A stretch of DNA of 64,000 nucleotides from Escherichia coli (GCF_003991155.1 NZ_CP031293.1); one strand, 5' to 3'. Shown: positions 24,175-34,807, counted from the stretch's first letter. Notes: generated by a model from the sequence alone, not told the origin. Made by a program: numbers and translations.

Positions 24175-24501
24175 ATGAACATTTCATCTCTCCGTAAAGC
24201 GTTTATTTTTATGGGCGCTGTAGCGGCTTTGTCACTGGTGAACGCACAATCTGCGCTGGCAGCCAATGAATCCGCTAAAGATATGACCTGCCAGGAATTT
24301 ATTGATCTGAATCCAAAGGCAATGACACCAGTTGCGTGGTGGATGCTGCATGAAGAAACAGTATATAAAGGTGGCGATACCGTTACTTTAAATGAAACCG
24401 ATCTCACTCAAATTCCTAAAGTGATCGAATACTGCAAGAAAAACCCGCAGAAAAATTTGTATACCTTCAAAAATCAAGCATCTAATGACTTGCCGAATTA
24501 A
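24175..24501 (+). CDS. hdeB: Periplasmic acid-stress chaperone HdeB
   Basis: ORF 24163..24501; protein from MNISSLRKAFIFMGAVAALSLVNAQSALA... Confidence 0.92.
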   Translation: MNISSLRKAFIFMGAVAALSLVNAQSALAANESAKDMTCQEFIDLNPKAMTPVAWWMLHEETVYKGGDTVTLNETDLTQIPKVIEYCKKNPQKNLYTFKNQASNDLPN

Positions 24502-24564
24502 TAAGGTACAAGTAAAAAGGAGTAGCAAGTTGAGCCATCTTGCTGCTCCTTTTTGCATTTTTAT

Positions 24565-25212
24565 ATGACAGCAGAATTTATTATACGACTTATACTTGCG
24601 GTAATTGCCTGTGGCGCTATTGGCATGGAAAGGCAAATGCGCGGCAAAGGAGCAGGGTTACGCACACATGTATTAATTGGCATGGGAAGCGCCCTGTTTA
24701 TGATTGTTTCGAAATATGGTTTTGCTGACGTGCTGTCTTTAGGTCACGTCGGACTGGACCCCAGCCGTATTGCTGCTCAGGTGGTGACGGGCGTCGGGTT
24801 TATCGGTGCAGGTAACATTCTCGTTCGTAACCAAAATATTGTAGGTCTGACGACGGCAGCGGATATCTGGGTGACCGCCGCCATTGGTATGGTTATTGGC
24901 AGCGGTATGTACGAACTGGGTATTTATGGTTCAGTGATGACCTTGCTGGTGCTGGAAGTCTTCCATCAATTAACCTTCCGCCTGATGAACAAAAATTACC
25001 ATTTACAGCTGACATTAGTGAACGGTAATACGGTATCAATGCTCGACTGGTTTAAGCAGCAAAAAATAAAAACGGATTTAGTTTCGTTGCAGGAAAATGA
25101 AGATCATGAAGTGGTCGCCATTGATATCCAGCTTCATGCCACGACGTCGATAGAAGATCTGTTGCGATTATTAAAAGGTATGGCAGGGGTGAAAGGTGTT
25201 TCAATTAGCTAA
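24565..25212 (+). CDS. yhiD: MgtC-family inner membrane protein YhiD
   Basis: ORF 24553..25212; protein from MTAEFIIRLILAVIACGAIGMERQMRGKGAGLRTHVLIG... Confidence 0.9.
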   Translation: MTAEFIIRLILAVIACGAIGMERQMRGKGAGLRTHVLIGMGSALFMIVSKYGFADVLSLGHVGLDPSRIAAQVVTGVGFIGAGNILVRNQNIVGLTTAADIWVTAAIGMVIGSGMYELGIYGSVMTLLVLEVFHQLTFRLMNKNYHLQLTLVNGNTVSMLDWFKQQKIKTDLVSLQENEDHEVVAIDIQLHATTSIEDLLRLLKGMAGVKGVSIS

Positions 25213-25232
25213 TCTGTATAGTTATTTATTCG

Positions 25233-25265
25233 CAGGAGTACCAGTGCGGTACTCCTGTTGGTTTT
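25233..25265. terminator. Hairpin terminator between yhiD and chuV
   Basis: caggagtacc..ggtactcctg stem followed by ttggtttt. Confidence 0.55.
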
Positions 25266-26034
25266 AATGATCGAGGACGATCAGTGGTGAATGGTTGGCA
25301 GGATCTTTAAGTACGGTAATATCCGCGCCGTAGAGCATGGTCAGCGCCTGCTGTGTCAATACGTCCTGCGGCTTACCATTTGCGATAACCTTTCCTTTTT
25401 GCATTAATACAACACGGTCTGCATAACGCGCGGCAAGATTTAGATCGTGCAATACGCAACAAACATTGAACTGCCGTTCGTGAACTAACTGGCGTAATAA
25501 ACGAAACAAGTGCTGCTGATGGTGAATATCCAGCGCCGAAGTTGGTTCATCAAGAAATAACCATTTCGGTGAGGGAGTAGGTTCCCAGAGTTGTACCAGC
25601 AGGCGCGCTAATTGCACGCGCTGTTGTTCACCACCGGATAATTGCCGATAGTCGCGGTTTGCTAACGCCTGACAGTCACATAACGCCATTATTTGTGCTG
25701 TTTCATTATCCTGATTACCAGTGCGATGCGGATGCCGCCCCATCTGGATAACTTCTTGTACGCTGAATGGAAACGCCATGTGGCTATTTTGACGCATCAC
25801 GGCCCGGTGTTTCGCCAGTTCAGTAATCGACCATTCATTTAATGGCTTATTAAACAACCGACATTCGCCGCTATCAGGTTGAAGATAGCCGGTTAGCTGG
25901 CGAAGCAGCGTAGATTTTCCCGCACCATTAGGGCCGAGGATGGCAACAATTTCCCCACCGGGAAAAGTCAGCGAGACATTATCAGTCAGACGCCGCCCCT
26001 GAAGGCTATAAACCAGATTCTGGGCGCTGATCAT
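25264..26034 (-). CDS. chuV: Hemin ABC transporter ATP-binding protein ChuV (HmuV/ShuV)
   Basis: ORF 25264..26187; Walker [13 protein letters not shown] signature LSGGEQQR; start taken at [16 protein letters not shown]; 4-bp overlap with chuU. Confidence 0.88.
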   Translation of the reverse strand: MISAQNLVYSLQGRRLTDNVSLTFPGGEIVAILGPNGAGKSTLLRQLTGYLQPDSGECRLFNKPLNEWSITELAKHRAVMRQNSHMAFPFSVQEVIQMGRHPHRTGNQDNETAQIMALCDCQALANRDYRQLSGGEQQRVQLARLLVQLWEPTPSPKWLFLDEPTSALDIHHQQHLFRLLRQLVHERQFNVCCVLHDLNLAARYADRVVLMQKGKVIANGKPQDVLTQQALTMLYGADITVLKDPANHSPLIVLDH

Positions 26035-27023
26035 GTGATCCTCCGGTTGCGCAGAATCAACCACATAAAATAAGGGCCACCAAGCAGGCTGGTTAATAAT
26101 CCCACGGGCATTTCTGCTGGCTGTACCAGCGTGCGGGCAAGCGTGTCTGCCATCAGCAATAAACAGGCTCCGGCGAGGGCGGAACAAGGGATTAGCCAGC
26201 GGTGATTTGCCCCGGTAGTCATGCGAATCAGATGCGGGATCACCAGGCCAATAAAGCCGATAATGCCGCTTACCGATACGGCAGCACCAACGAGCAGTGA
26301 GCTCACTAACAGTAATTGCTGGCGTTTACGCTTCACGTTCACGCCGAGGTAGTGGGCTTCTTCATCACCGAGCTGCAGTAAATTCAGCGTTCCGGCGAGA
26401 CAAGTTGTTGCGATAATGGCCGGTAGGATGAATGAACTGGCAACCAATAACGTCGGCCATTGCGCCTGTCCAAGATTGCCCATCATCCACAATGTGAGTT
26501 GTCGTAGCTGCTGCTCATCGCCGATATAGCTCAGGATGCCGATCGCTGCGCCGCACAGGGCATTGATGGCGATACCGGCGAGTAATAATTGCATCATGCT
26601 GCCATCGCGATGGCGCTGCGTGATGAGAAAAATGATGGTGCAGACCACTAAACTTCCGGCAATGGCAAACACCATTTGCTCATAGAGCACCAGCACCACT
26701 GGGAAGGAGAAGGGCAGCACAATAGCAACGCCAACCATTAATGCAGAACCGCTACTGACGCCAAGTAATCCAGGGTCAGCCATTGGGTTGCGAAAAAGCC
26801 CTTGCATAATTACCCCGGCGGTTGCCAACGCTGCACCTACCAGCACCGCCAGCAAAACCCGTGGTAGACGAATATTGAGCCAGATATCGCGGTATTCCTC
26901 ATCAAAAAGGGCATCAAAACTGATCTTTAACGCTCCCTGACTGGCACCAAACAGCACCAGAGCGAGCAATAATAGTGATAGCCCCATAAAGACCCTGGCG
27001 GAAGAGAGTGAATCCTTGAGCAC
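26031..27023 (-). CDS. chuU: Hemin ABC transporter permease ChuU (HmuU/ShuU, FecCD family)
   Basis: 330-aa multi-TM ORF typical of FecCD/BtuC-type permeases. Confidence 0.88.
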   Translation of the reverse strand: MLKDSLSSARVFMGLSLLLLALVLFGASQGALKISFDALFDEEYRDIWLNIRLPRVLLAVLVGAALATAGVIMQGLFRNPMADPGLLGVSSGSALMVGVAIVLPFSFPVVLVLYEQMVFAIAGSLVVCTIIFLITQRHRDGSMMQLLLAGIAINALCGAAIGILSYIGDEQQLRQLTLWMMGNLGQAQWPTLLVASSFILPAIIATTCLAGTLNLLQLGDEEAHYLGVNVKRKRQQLLLVSSLLVGAAVSVSGIIGFIGLVIPHLIRMTTGANHRWLIPCSALAGACLLLMADTLARTLVQPAEMPVGLLTSLLGGPYFMWLILRNRRIT

Positions 27024-27071
27024 GCAAAACTCCGTTACGACATTACGGCGCGGACATACCGCGCCGGGGGA

Positions 27072-27695
27072 TCACGCCGGTTTCAGGTCCGGTTCAATCA
27101 GACTGTAGACCTGCTGGTTAAGTGCTGGCGCATTTGCCAGTTCATGGATATGTGCGGCGACATCGGCACGGTGAACAAAACCATGACACTCCTGATTTTG
27201 TATCCGTTGTGCTTTGCCCGTTGCCGCACCATCAAGCAGACCGCCAGGGCGGAGAATGGCATAATCAAGCTGGCTGGTTTGCAACCAGCTTTCCGCCAGC
27301 GTTTTTTCCCGTACCGCCTGACCAAACGCAGCCTTTGCCCGCTCTGATAAAAACGGCCAGCTATCGCCGCATCCCAAAGAGGTCACCAGAATCATGCGAC
27401 TGATGCCAGCCTTCTCGGCCTCGTCAATCACTGTTCTGTGCGCCAGATAATCCTGAGCTCCGCCCATTGTTGAGATGATAAGCGCATCCGGGCCAGCTGC
27501 GCGGCAAGCAGCCGCGACTACGCTGGCATCACAGGCGTCGCCTGTAAAAACCTTTACGCCTTGTTGCGCCAGTTTCGTGGCGGCATCAGCATGACGAATG
27601 ACAGCAACGACCGGACGTTGTTCCGCCAGCGCCAGTTCAAGCGTTCTGGCACCCACACCTTTTCCGCCTGCGCCAAAGAGTAGCCACGGCGTCAT
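27072..27695 (-). CDS. chuY: NAD(P)H-dependent anaerobilin reductase ChuY
   Basis: 207-aa ORF with N-terminal Rossmann-type GxxGxxG (LFGAGGKGVGARTL); position within chu operon. Confidence 0.8.
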   Translation of the reverse strand: MTPWLLFGAGGKGVGARTLELALAEQRPVVAVIRHADAATKLAQQGVKVFTGDACDASVVAAACRAAGPDALIISTMGGAQDYLAHRTVIDEAEKAGISRMILVTSLGCGDSWPFLSERAKAAFGQAVREKTLAESWLQTSQLDYAILRPGGLLDGAATGKAQRIQNQECHGFVHRADVAAHIHELANAPALNQQVYSLIEPDLKPA

Positions 27696-28189
27696 CAGGC
27701 GTGTTCCTTTAACGATGCTGCCAGAGCATGGAAGGCGCTGACCTGTTCGCTCAGGAGCTGACGATGGTCATCCCTGCCGAGGAAGATTTTCAGCATTGCG
27801 CTGCCTTCTTTGTTGAAAAAGAGAATGGATGCGGTGTCCATGCCCATAAATTTACGTTCGATCAAGGCAATATGTGTGCAGTTTTCTGCTTTGATATGCC
27901 CGGACATGCCGTGCTTTCCGCGTAGGTTGAAATAGCCGTGGCGGTGGAAACCCGAAGGCAGTTCGCCGCTAAATTCGAGGATGACATCGGCAGTATGTAC
28001 TAACGTGGTGACGTTGCCCCATTCGCAGACGGTATCCCAGACAGTATCGAATTTATCACCTGACACAACAGTCGGAGAGGGCAGATTTTTCACTACCTCC
28101 AGCAGCGTGGTGTTGTATTGTTCGGCGATCGCCTCCAGCGTACCGTCCGGCTCCGTTTTCAAAAATTCCTGTAACGAGACATGGCTCAT
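27695..28189 (-). CDS. chuX: Heme utilisation carrier protein ChuX
   Basis: 164-aa ORF MSHVSLQEFLKTEPDGTLEAIAEQYNTTLLEVV... Confidence 0.85.
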   Translation of the reverse strand: MSHVSLQEFLKTEPDGTLEAIAEQYNTTLLEVVKNLPSPTVVSGDKFDTVWDTVCEWGNVTTLVHTADVILEFSGELPSGFHRHGYFNLRGKHGMSGHIKAENCTHIALIERKFMGMDTASILFFNKEGSAMLKIFLGRDDHRQLLSEQVSAFHALAASLKEHA

Positions 28190-28201
28190 AAATCACTCCT
28201 G

Positions 28202-29539
28202 TTATGGTTTTTCAAGCGCAATTGCTGGCGCATTAAGTACCTGAATCAGTTCATTAAGAGACTGCAAAATGTTGCTTGCCCAGAAACGACCTTCATTGGT
28301 CAACCGCAGACACGTTGACGCATCGCGGCTTAAGCCTTTTTGGTGCCACTGGGCCAGTAACGGCGCGAGTTTTTCGGCATGTGGCGTAAGTTCGTCCAGC
28401 GGTACACGCGCCGTTTCAATGCCCGACTGCAAGGTATGACGCCACTGCGCGTTACGTTCGGCGTTACGCATGATCATCATCAGCGGTTTTTTGCCTGCCG
28501 CGACGGATTCATGCCAGGTCTGAAGATTGCGTTCGTTCATCCAGGAGTAACCATTAATCGAACCACCGGCTCCAGAACCAAAGGCCAGACAATCGGCACC
28601 TTGTTTAATCAGCAGGTTATAGAGATTGCGTTCGCGTGTGGTACGGCCCCAGTGGCTGTTACTGATGCAGCGCCAACCGGCATCGTCCATAAAATCACAC
28701 CCTTGCAGGTAAAGATCGCGACGTTCTGCCGGAGAGGGCACGGTAGTGCGCCCATTTTCCACGGCTTTGCCCAGCGGTGTATTGGGCAGGACATTGAGCG
28801 CATAGAGATCGACGCCGTCGAGACCGATATCGCGGGCAATAGCCAGATCTTCTCCCCAGGTTTGCGCATCCTGACCCGGCAGACCAAACAGCAGGTCACA
28901 GACCACCGCGGCACGGTCGCGTTTGACCAGGCTTTCCATAAACGCAATAGCGGTTGGGCCATCCGAGGTGCGGGCCATTTTCTTGCGGATTTTGCTGTTA
29001 AACGACTGAATACCAATTGAGAAGCGGTTTGCTCCTGCATCAAGGCAAGCATCGATTCGCTCAGCGTCAAAATTCAGTACCCGGCCTTCGATAGTGATTT
29101 CACAATCAGGGGCCAGTGGCAGCTTTTCTCGTAATGTGGTGATGATTCTGGCCAAATCGTGTGCCGAAAGCGCGGAAGGCGTACCGCCACCGAAATAGAC
29201 CGCGTGGATGGGGGCAGACTGATGCAATACGCTGTCTGCTTCCCGTTCTATTTCACGAATCAGGGCGTCGGTATAATGAGCACACGCATCTTCATTAAAA
29301 CGGTTCTGATAAAAACCACAAAACGTGCAGTGTGTTGCACAAAAAGGAATGTGTAGATAAACCAGTCGCTTACGTGGTGATACCGTTTGATTGAGCATCT
29401 CTTGCCAGGTCTGTGCCAGTTGCTCTTTGGCAACTGGAATGGCCCCACGAAACGGCATCATGGCGCGCCTGTCTTTAAAGGGCTGATCACCGTCTAAAGC
29501 AAAATGTGGCGTGAGATCCAGGGTGTTATTTGTGTTCAT
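28202..29539 (-). CDS. chuW: Radical SAM anaerobic heme-degrading enzyme ChuW (HemN-like anaerobilin synthase)
   Basis: 445-aa ORF with radical SAM CxxxCxxC motif (CATHCTFCGFY). Confidence 0.88.
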   Translation of the reverse strand: MNTNNTLDLTPHFALDGDQPFKDRRAMMPFRGAIPVAKEQLAQTWQEMLNQTVSPRKRLVYLHIPFCATHCTFCGFYQNRFNEDACAHYTDALIREIEREADSVLHQSAPIHAVYFGGGTPSALSAHDLARIITTLREKLPLAPDCEITIEGRVLNFDAERIDACLDAGANRFSIGIQSFNSKIRKKMARTSDGPTAIAFMESLVKRDRAAVVCDLLFGLPGQDAQTWGEDLAIARDIGLDGVDLYALNVLPNTPLGKAVENGRTTVPSPAERRDLYLQGCDFMDDAGWRCISNSHWGRTTRERNLYNLLIKQGADCLAFGSGAGGSINGYSWMNERNLQTWHESVAAGKKPLMMIMRNAERNAQWRHTLQSGIETARVPLDELTPHAEKLAPLLAQWHQKGLSRDASTCLRLTNEGRFWASNILQSLNELIQVLNAPAIALEKP

Positions 29540-29558
29540 TCGTCTGATTTAAATCCAT

Positions 29559-30473
29559 TTATTGCGGCCAAAGCTGCTGGTGTAAAGACTCAACGACATC
29601 AGCAATACGCGGACCCATTCCCAGAATCAGGTTTTGATCAACGGTGATAATGCGCTGGTTCTTCCAGGCGGCGGTGTGGGTAATTCCGGCAATAGAACGT
29701 AGCCGATTAATATCGCCATCGACCATTTGTGAGGTGACGACAATCACTTCAGGGTTAGCCGCAATCAGCGATTCCGCGCTGTAGCTTTTGTACTGCTGGT
29801 GGGTAGCGACGTTTTCTGCTCCGGCAAGCGAAAGAATGGCGTCCGCGACGCTGCCTTTACCGGCAACCTGTGGCGCACTTCCGCCTGCGGAGAGAATAAA
29901 CATGGCTTTAACCGGGGCTTTTTTGGCCGCCACGTTTTGCTGTACTCGCTCCAGGCGTTGGTTGATCTGTGTCACCAGCGCCTCGCCTTGTTCAGGAACC
30001 TGTAGCGTTTTTGCCAGTTGGCGAATGTTGGCGTACATCTGCTCAAGGGTGGCAGGCACACGCGGCAGGGTGACGACGTTGACTTTCTGCGCTCGTAGTT
30101 GGTCGAGCACAATTTGTGGCCCGGCATCCTGCCAGGTAATTACGCTATCCGGGCGAAGTGACAAAATGCCTTCGCTGCTGAGTTGTTTCCAGTAACCAAT
30201 ATGCGGCAGTCTGGCGGTTTCTGGTGGATAAGATGTCGTTTCATCGACACCAACCACGCGTTTGCCAGCGCCCATCGCGTAGATTAGCTCCGTCAGCGAT
30301 CCTCCTGCGACCACGATACGTTCGGCAGCCGTTACGCTAAAAGTCCAGCTAAGAGCCAGTAATGCCGTAAACAATTTTTTTCGTTTTACCATGGTCTTCG
30401 CGGCAGAGACCACGGCTGAAATACATAACGTTAGTGGGGAAAAAAGAAACGGCCTGGTGATGATCCTTGGCAT
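29559..30473 (-). CDS. chuT: Periplasmic hemin-binding protein ChuT (ShuT); start uncertain
   Basis: ORF 29559..30551; substrate-binding protein fold; start candidates are M27 at 30473 and the signal-peptide-like MVKRKKLFTALLALSWTFSVTAAE at 30392. Confidence 0.8.
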   Translation of the reverse strand: MPRIITRPFLFSPLTLCISAVVSAAKTMVKRKKLFTALLALSWTFSVTAAERIVVAGGSLTELIYAMGAGKRVVGVDETTSYPPETARLPHIGYWKQLSSEGILSLRPDSVITWQDAGPQIVLDQLRAQKVNVVTLPRVPATLEQMYANIRQLAKTLQVPEQGEALVTQINQRLERVQQNVAAKKAPVKAMFILSAGGSAPQVAGKGSVADAILSLAGAENVATHQQYKSYSAESLIAANPEVIVVTSQMVDGDINRLRSIAGITHTAAWKNQRIITVDQNLILGMGPRIADVVESLHQQLWPQ

Positions 30474-30498
30474 AATGTGAGAACTCTTATCAAATTGA

Positions 30499-30518
30499 GA
30501 ATGATCATGATTATCATT
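30499..30518. promoter_or_regulatory. Fur box upstream of the chuT operon
   Basis: AATGATCATGATTATCATT resembles the Fur consensus GATAATGATAATCATTATC. Confidence 0.6.
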
Positions 30519-30847
30519 TGAGTTATATATGAAATACAACCGTCGATTCAATACGCACGGCGTTACAAGCGTATTTATTTTTGATTTTTATCAAGATGCT
30601 TCGTCAGCTAATGTTCTTGTTACCGATTAAATTTCAGCGCGGGAAAAAGCTGAGAACCCGGAGATATCGCGGCTTGCAGAGCAAAGAGAAGAGAAAATTA
30701 TCACTGTTAACGACAACGTTTTGTGATGAGGTTGTGGGGGGATAGTCATAAACACAGGATGGTTTTCTGGATGCTGGATAGATTTCATAACCCCCTGTTT
30801 ATTGTGTTAATGGCGGTTAAAAAAAGCTTGATCATAAAAAATTGATC

Positions 30848-30866
30848 GATAATAATTCTCATTATC
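30848..30866. promoter_or_regulatory. Fur box at the chuA promoter
   Basis: GATAATAATTCTCATTATC is a near-consensus Fur box, about 290 bp upstream of chuA ATG. Confidence 0.7.
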
Positions 30867-31156
30867 ACGTTTGAGTTTAACAAAATATGACATCATGGAT
30901 AACAAAATCATATCTTTTGTAAGGGAAAACGCACAGCACTCTTCACTTCAGACGTGGCGTACTACTTTGCCTGACAAAGAGGGCGTGCTTTTGCTGAATT
31001 ATCAGAAATATTCGGCAATTTTACGGGATATATACGCTAATAGCTTCCCGTGGTGATATCTAATCATTTGAATTGTAAATAAATTTATTTTTCGCCAGCC
31101 ACCCCGGTATTAACCCAGGCAGCCAGCATTTTTTATTTTCCTCATGGAGAATCGCT

Positions 31157-33139
31157 ATGTCACGTCCGCAATTTACCTCGTTGCGTTTGAGTTTGTTGGC
31201 TTTGGCTGTTTCTGCCACCTTGCCAACATTTGCTTTTGCTACTGAAACCATGACCGTTACGGCAACCGGGAATGCACGTAGTTCCTTCGAAGCGCCTATG
31301 ATGGTCAGCGTTATCGACACTTCCGCTCCTGAAAATCAAACGGCTACTTCAGCCACCGATCTGCTGCGTCATGTTCCTGGAATTACTCTTGATGGTACCG
31401 GACGAACCAACGGTCAGGATGTAAATATGCGTGGCTATGATCATCGCGGCGTGCTGGTTCTTGTCGATGGTGTTCGCCAGGGAACGGATACCGGACACCT
31501 GAATGGCACTTTTCTCGATCCGGCGCTGATCAAGCGTGTTGAGATTGTTCGCGGACCTTCAGCATTACTGTATGGCAGTGGCGCGCTGGGTGGAGTGATC
31601 TCCTACGATACGGTCGATGCAAAAGATTTATTGCAGGAAGGACAACGCAGTGGTTTTCGTGTCTTTGGTACTGGCGGCACGGGGGACCATAGCCTGGGAT
31701 TAGGCGCGAGCGCGTTTGGGCGAACTGAAAATCTGGATGGTATTGTGGCCTGGTCCAGTCGCGATCGGGGTGATTTACGCCAGAGCAATGGTGAAACCGC
31801 GCCGAATGACGAGTCCATTAATAACATGCTGGCGAAAGGGACCTGGCAAATTGATTCAGCCCAGTCTCTGAGCGGTTTAGTGCGTTACTACAACAACGAC
31901 GCGCGTGAACCAAAAAATCCGCAGACTGTTGAGGCTTCTGATAGCAGCAACCCGATGGTTGATCGTTCAACAATTCAACGCGATGCGCAGCTTTCTTATA
32001 AACTCGCCCCGCAGGGCAACGACTGGTTAAATGCAGATGCAAAAATTTACTGGTCGGAAGTCCGTATTAATGCGCAAAACACGGGGAGTTCCGGCGAGTA
32101 TCGTGAACAGATAACAAAAGGAGCCAGGCTGGAGAACCGTTCCACTCTATTTGCCGACAGTTTCGCTTCTCACTTACTGACATATGGCGGTGAGTATTAT
32201 CGTCAGGAACAACATCCGGGCGGCGCGACGACGGGCTTCCCGCAAGCAAAAATCGATTTTAGCTCCGGCTGGCTACAGGATGAGATCACCTTACGCGATC
32301 TGCCGATTACTCTGCTTGGCGGAACCCGCTATGACAGTTATCGCGGTAGCAGCGACGGCTACAAAGATGTTGATGCTGACAAATGGTCATCTCGTGCGGG
32401 GATGACTATCAACCCGACCAACTGGCTGATGTTATTTGGCTCATATGCCCAGGCATTCCGCGCCCCGACGATGGGCGAAATGTATAACGATTCTAAGCAC
32501 TTCTCGATTGGTCGCTTCTATACCAACTATTGGGTGCCAAACCCGAACTTACGTCCGGAAACTAACGAAACTCAGGAGTACGGTTTTGGGCTGCGTTTTG
32601 ATGACCTGATGTTGTCCAATGATGCTCTGGAATTTAAAGCCAGCTACTTTGATACCAAAGCGAAGGATTACATCTCCACGACCGTCGATTTCGCGGCGGC
32701 GACAACTATGTCGTATAACGTCCCGAACGCCAAAATCTGGGGCTGGGATGTAATGACGAAATATACCACTGATCTGTTTAGCCTTGATGTGGCCTATAAC
32801 CGTACCCGCGGCAAAGACACCGATACTGGGGAATATATCTCCAGCATTAACCCGGATACCGTTACCAGTACCCTGAATATTCCGATCGCTCACAGTGGCT
32901 TCTCTGTTGGGTGGGTTGGTACGTTTGCCGATCGCTCAACACATATCAGCAGCAGTTACAGCAAACAACCTGGCTATGGTGTGAATGATTTCTACGTCAG
33001 TTATCAAGGACAACAGGCGCTCAAAGGCATGACCACTACTCTGGTATTGGGCAACGCCTTCGATAAAGAGTACTGGTCGCCGCAAGGCATCCCACAGGAT
33101 GGTCGTAACGGAAAAATTTTCGTGAGTTATCAATGGTAA
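31157..33139 (+). CDS. chuA: TonB-dependent outer membrane heme/hemoglobin receptor ChuA (ShuA)
   Basis: 660-aa ORF with signal peptide, TonB box-like ETMTVTA, FRAP/NPNL heme-receptor motifs, C-terminal aromatic residue. Confidence 0.93.
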   Translation: MSRPQFTSLRLSLLALAVSATLPTFAFATETMTVTATGNARSSFEAPMMVSVIDTSAPENQTATSATDLLRHVPGITLDGTGRTNGQDVNMRGYDHRGVLVLVDGVRQGTDTGHLNGTFLDPALIKRVEIVRGPSALLYGSGALGGVISYDTVDAKDLLQEGQRSGFRVFGTGGTGDHSLGLGASAFGRTENLDGIVAWSSRDRGDLRQSNGETAPNDESINNMLAKGTWQIDSAQSLSGLVRYYNNDAREPKNPQTVEASDSSNPMVDRSTIQRDAQLSYKLAPQGNDWLNADAKIYWSEVRINAQNTGSSGEYREQITKGARLENRSTLFADSFASHLLTYGGEYYRQEQHPGGATTGFPQAKIDFSSGWLQDEITLRDLPITLLGGTRYDSYRGSSDGYKDVDADKWSSRAGMTINPTNWLMLFGSYAQAFRAPTMGEMYNDSKHFSIGRFYTNYWVPNPNLRPETNETQEYGFGLRFDDLMLSNDALEFKASYFDTKAKDYISTTVDFAAATTMSYNVPNAKIWGWDVMTKYTTDLFSLDVAYNRTRGKDTDTGEYISSINPDTVTSTLNIPIAHSGFSVGWVGTFADRSTHISSSYSKQPGYGVNDFYVSYQGQQALKGMTTTLVLGNAFDKEYWSPQGIPQDGRNGKIFVSYQW

Positions 33140-33187
33140 TCATCTGCCCCGATATTTCGGGGCATTTATCTGGAAGGAAGAGAGACA

Positions 33188-34216
33188 ATGAACCACTACA
33201 CACGCTGGCTTGAGTTAAAAGAACAAAATCCCGGAAAGTACGCGCGTGACATCGCAGGTTTAATGAATATCAGCGAAGCAGAACTGGCATTTGCGCGCGT
33301 CACGCACGACGCGTGGCGGATGCGCGGCGATATCCGTGAAATTCTGGCGGCGCTCGAAAGTGTTGGCGAAACCAAATGTATTTGCCGTAATGAATATGCA
33401 GTCCATGAGCAAGTTGGTGCGTTCACAAACCAGCATTTGAACGGACATGCCGGATTGATCCTCAATCCGCGCGCGCTGGATTTACGTCTGTTTCTCAATC
33501 AATGGGCCAGTGTTTTCCACATCAAAGAAAACACGGCTCGTGGCGAACGCCAGAGTATTCAGTTCTTTGATCATCAGGGCGATGCATTACTAAAAGTTTA
33601 TGCCACCGACAATACCGATATGGCGGCATGGAGTGAGCTTCTGGCACGGTTTATCACCGATGAGAATACGCCGCTTGAGTTAAAAGCCGTTGATGCGCCA
33701 GTTGTTCAAACGCGAGCCGATGCCAGTGTGGTCGAGCAAGAGTGGCGGGCGATGACCGACGTTCATCAGTTTTTTACGTTGCTCAAGCGCCACAACCTGA
33801 CGCGCCAACAGGCGTTCAATCTGGTGGCAGACGATTTGGCCTGCAAAGTATCCAACAGTGCGTTGGCGCAAATTCTTGAATCTGCACAGCAGGATGGCAA
33901 TGAAATCATGGTGTTTGTTGGCAACCGTGGCTGCGTACAGATTTTCACCGGTGTGGTAGAAAAAGTGGTGCCAATGAAAGGTTGGCTGAATATTTTTAAC
34001 CCGACGTTTACTCTTCATCTATTAGAAGAGAGCATTGCTGAAACCTGGGTAACCCGTAAACCTGCTAGTGACGGTTATGTGACCAGTCTGGAATTGTTTG
34101 CCCATGATGGTACGCAGATAGCGCAACTTTATGGTCAACGTACAGAAGGCGAACAGGAGCAAGCGCAATGGCGTAAGCAAATTGCTTCGCTGATACCGGA
34201 AGGCGTTACTGCATAA
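33188..34216 (+). CDS. chuS: Heme-degrading / heme oxygenase-like protein ChuS (ShuS)
   Basis: 342-aa ORF MNHYTRWLELKEQNPGKYARDIAGLMNISEAELAFARV... Confidence 0.9.
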   Translation: MNHYTRWLELKEQNPGKYARDIAGLMNISEAELAFARVTHDAWRMRGDIREILAALESVGETKCICRNEYAVHEQVGAFTNQHLNGHAGLILNPRALDLRLFLNQWASVFHIKENTARGERQSIQFFDHQGDALLKVYATDNTDMAAWSELLARFITDENTPLELKAVDAPVVQTRADASVVEQEWRAMTDVHQFFTLLKRHNLTRQQAFNLVADDLACKVSNSALAQILESAQQDGNEIMVFVGNRGCVQIFTGVVEKVVPMKGWLNIFNPTFTLHLLEESIAETWVTRKPASDGYVTSLELFAHDGTQIAQLYGQRTEGEQEQAQWRKQIASLIPEGVTA

Positions 34217-34276
34217 CGTATAATTAAAGGGAGGTCTGGCTATTTATTGCTGGGCCTCTTTATATTAATCAATCGA

Positions 34277-34807
34277 TCACACCAGATAATCAATATGCTG
34301 ATGGCGTACCAACTCATTGATCCGCTTAAGATTGAGGATCATCATGATATTGTGTTTATGGCAGTAGAACGTTTTTAGCGATATTTTCAGTTTCTCCAGA
34401 ATATCTTCCGTTGTCATTTGATTCGCAATGCAGCTCAGAACCTGATGCTGCTTGCGCGAAAGGGACACATCCGCTTCAGGCACAGAGCAGTAACTGCCAT
34501 TGATGAGTGCGACAAAGTCGATGATGGTGATAGTTCGCGGAACAAAGGTCACCGGTACTTTCCCCAGGCAGCGTTTAATATTAAAGGGAGAGAAAATAAT
34601 CACATGGACAGGTTTTAATCGTTCAATTTGAGTGAGCAAATTAGAATGAAATACATTATTCATTAATGTATCAATAATGACGAAGGCATGCTGATGCAAC
34701 ATTACGTCGATCTCTTCTTCGTTCTGTATATGAACGACATTACCTTTACTCAGAATGTTTTTCATCGCAGTGAAGAACATCGTATCCCTGGTAATTATAA
34801 GAAACAT
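34277..34807 (-). CDS. dctR: LuxR-family regulator DctR (YhiF)
   Basis: 176-aa ORF MFLIITRDTMFFTAMKNILSKGNVVHIQNEEEIDVMLHQHAF... Confidence 0.9.
   Translation of the reverse strand: MFLIITRDTMFFTAMKNILSKGNVVHIQNEEEIDVMLHQHAFVIIDTLMNNVFHSNLLTQIERLKPVHVIIFSPFNIKRCLGKVPVTFVPRTITIIDFVALINGSYCSVPEADVSLSRKQHQVLSCIANQMTTEDILEKLKISLKTFYCHKHNIMMILNLKRINELVRHQHIDYLV

Noticed and set aside
30871..31056. 61-aa plus-strand ORF upstream of chuA
   Set aside because: Lies inside the expected long Fur-regulated chuA 5' UTR; AT-rich with no RBS; treated as leader RNA rather than a gene.
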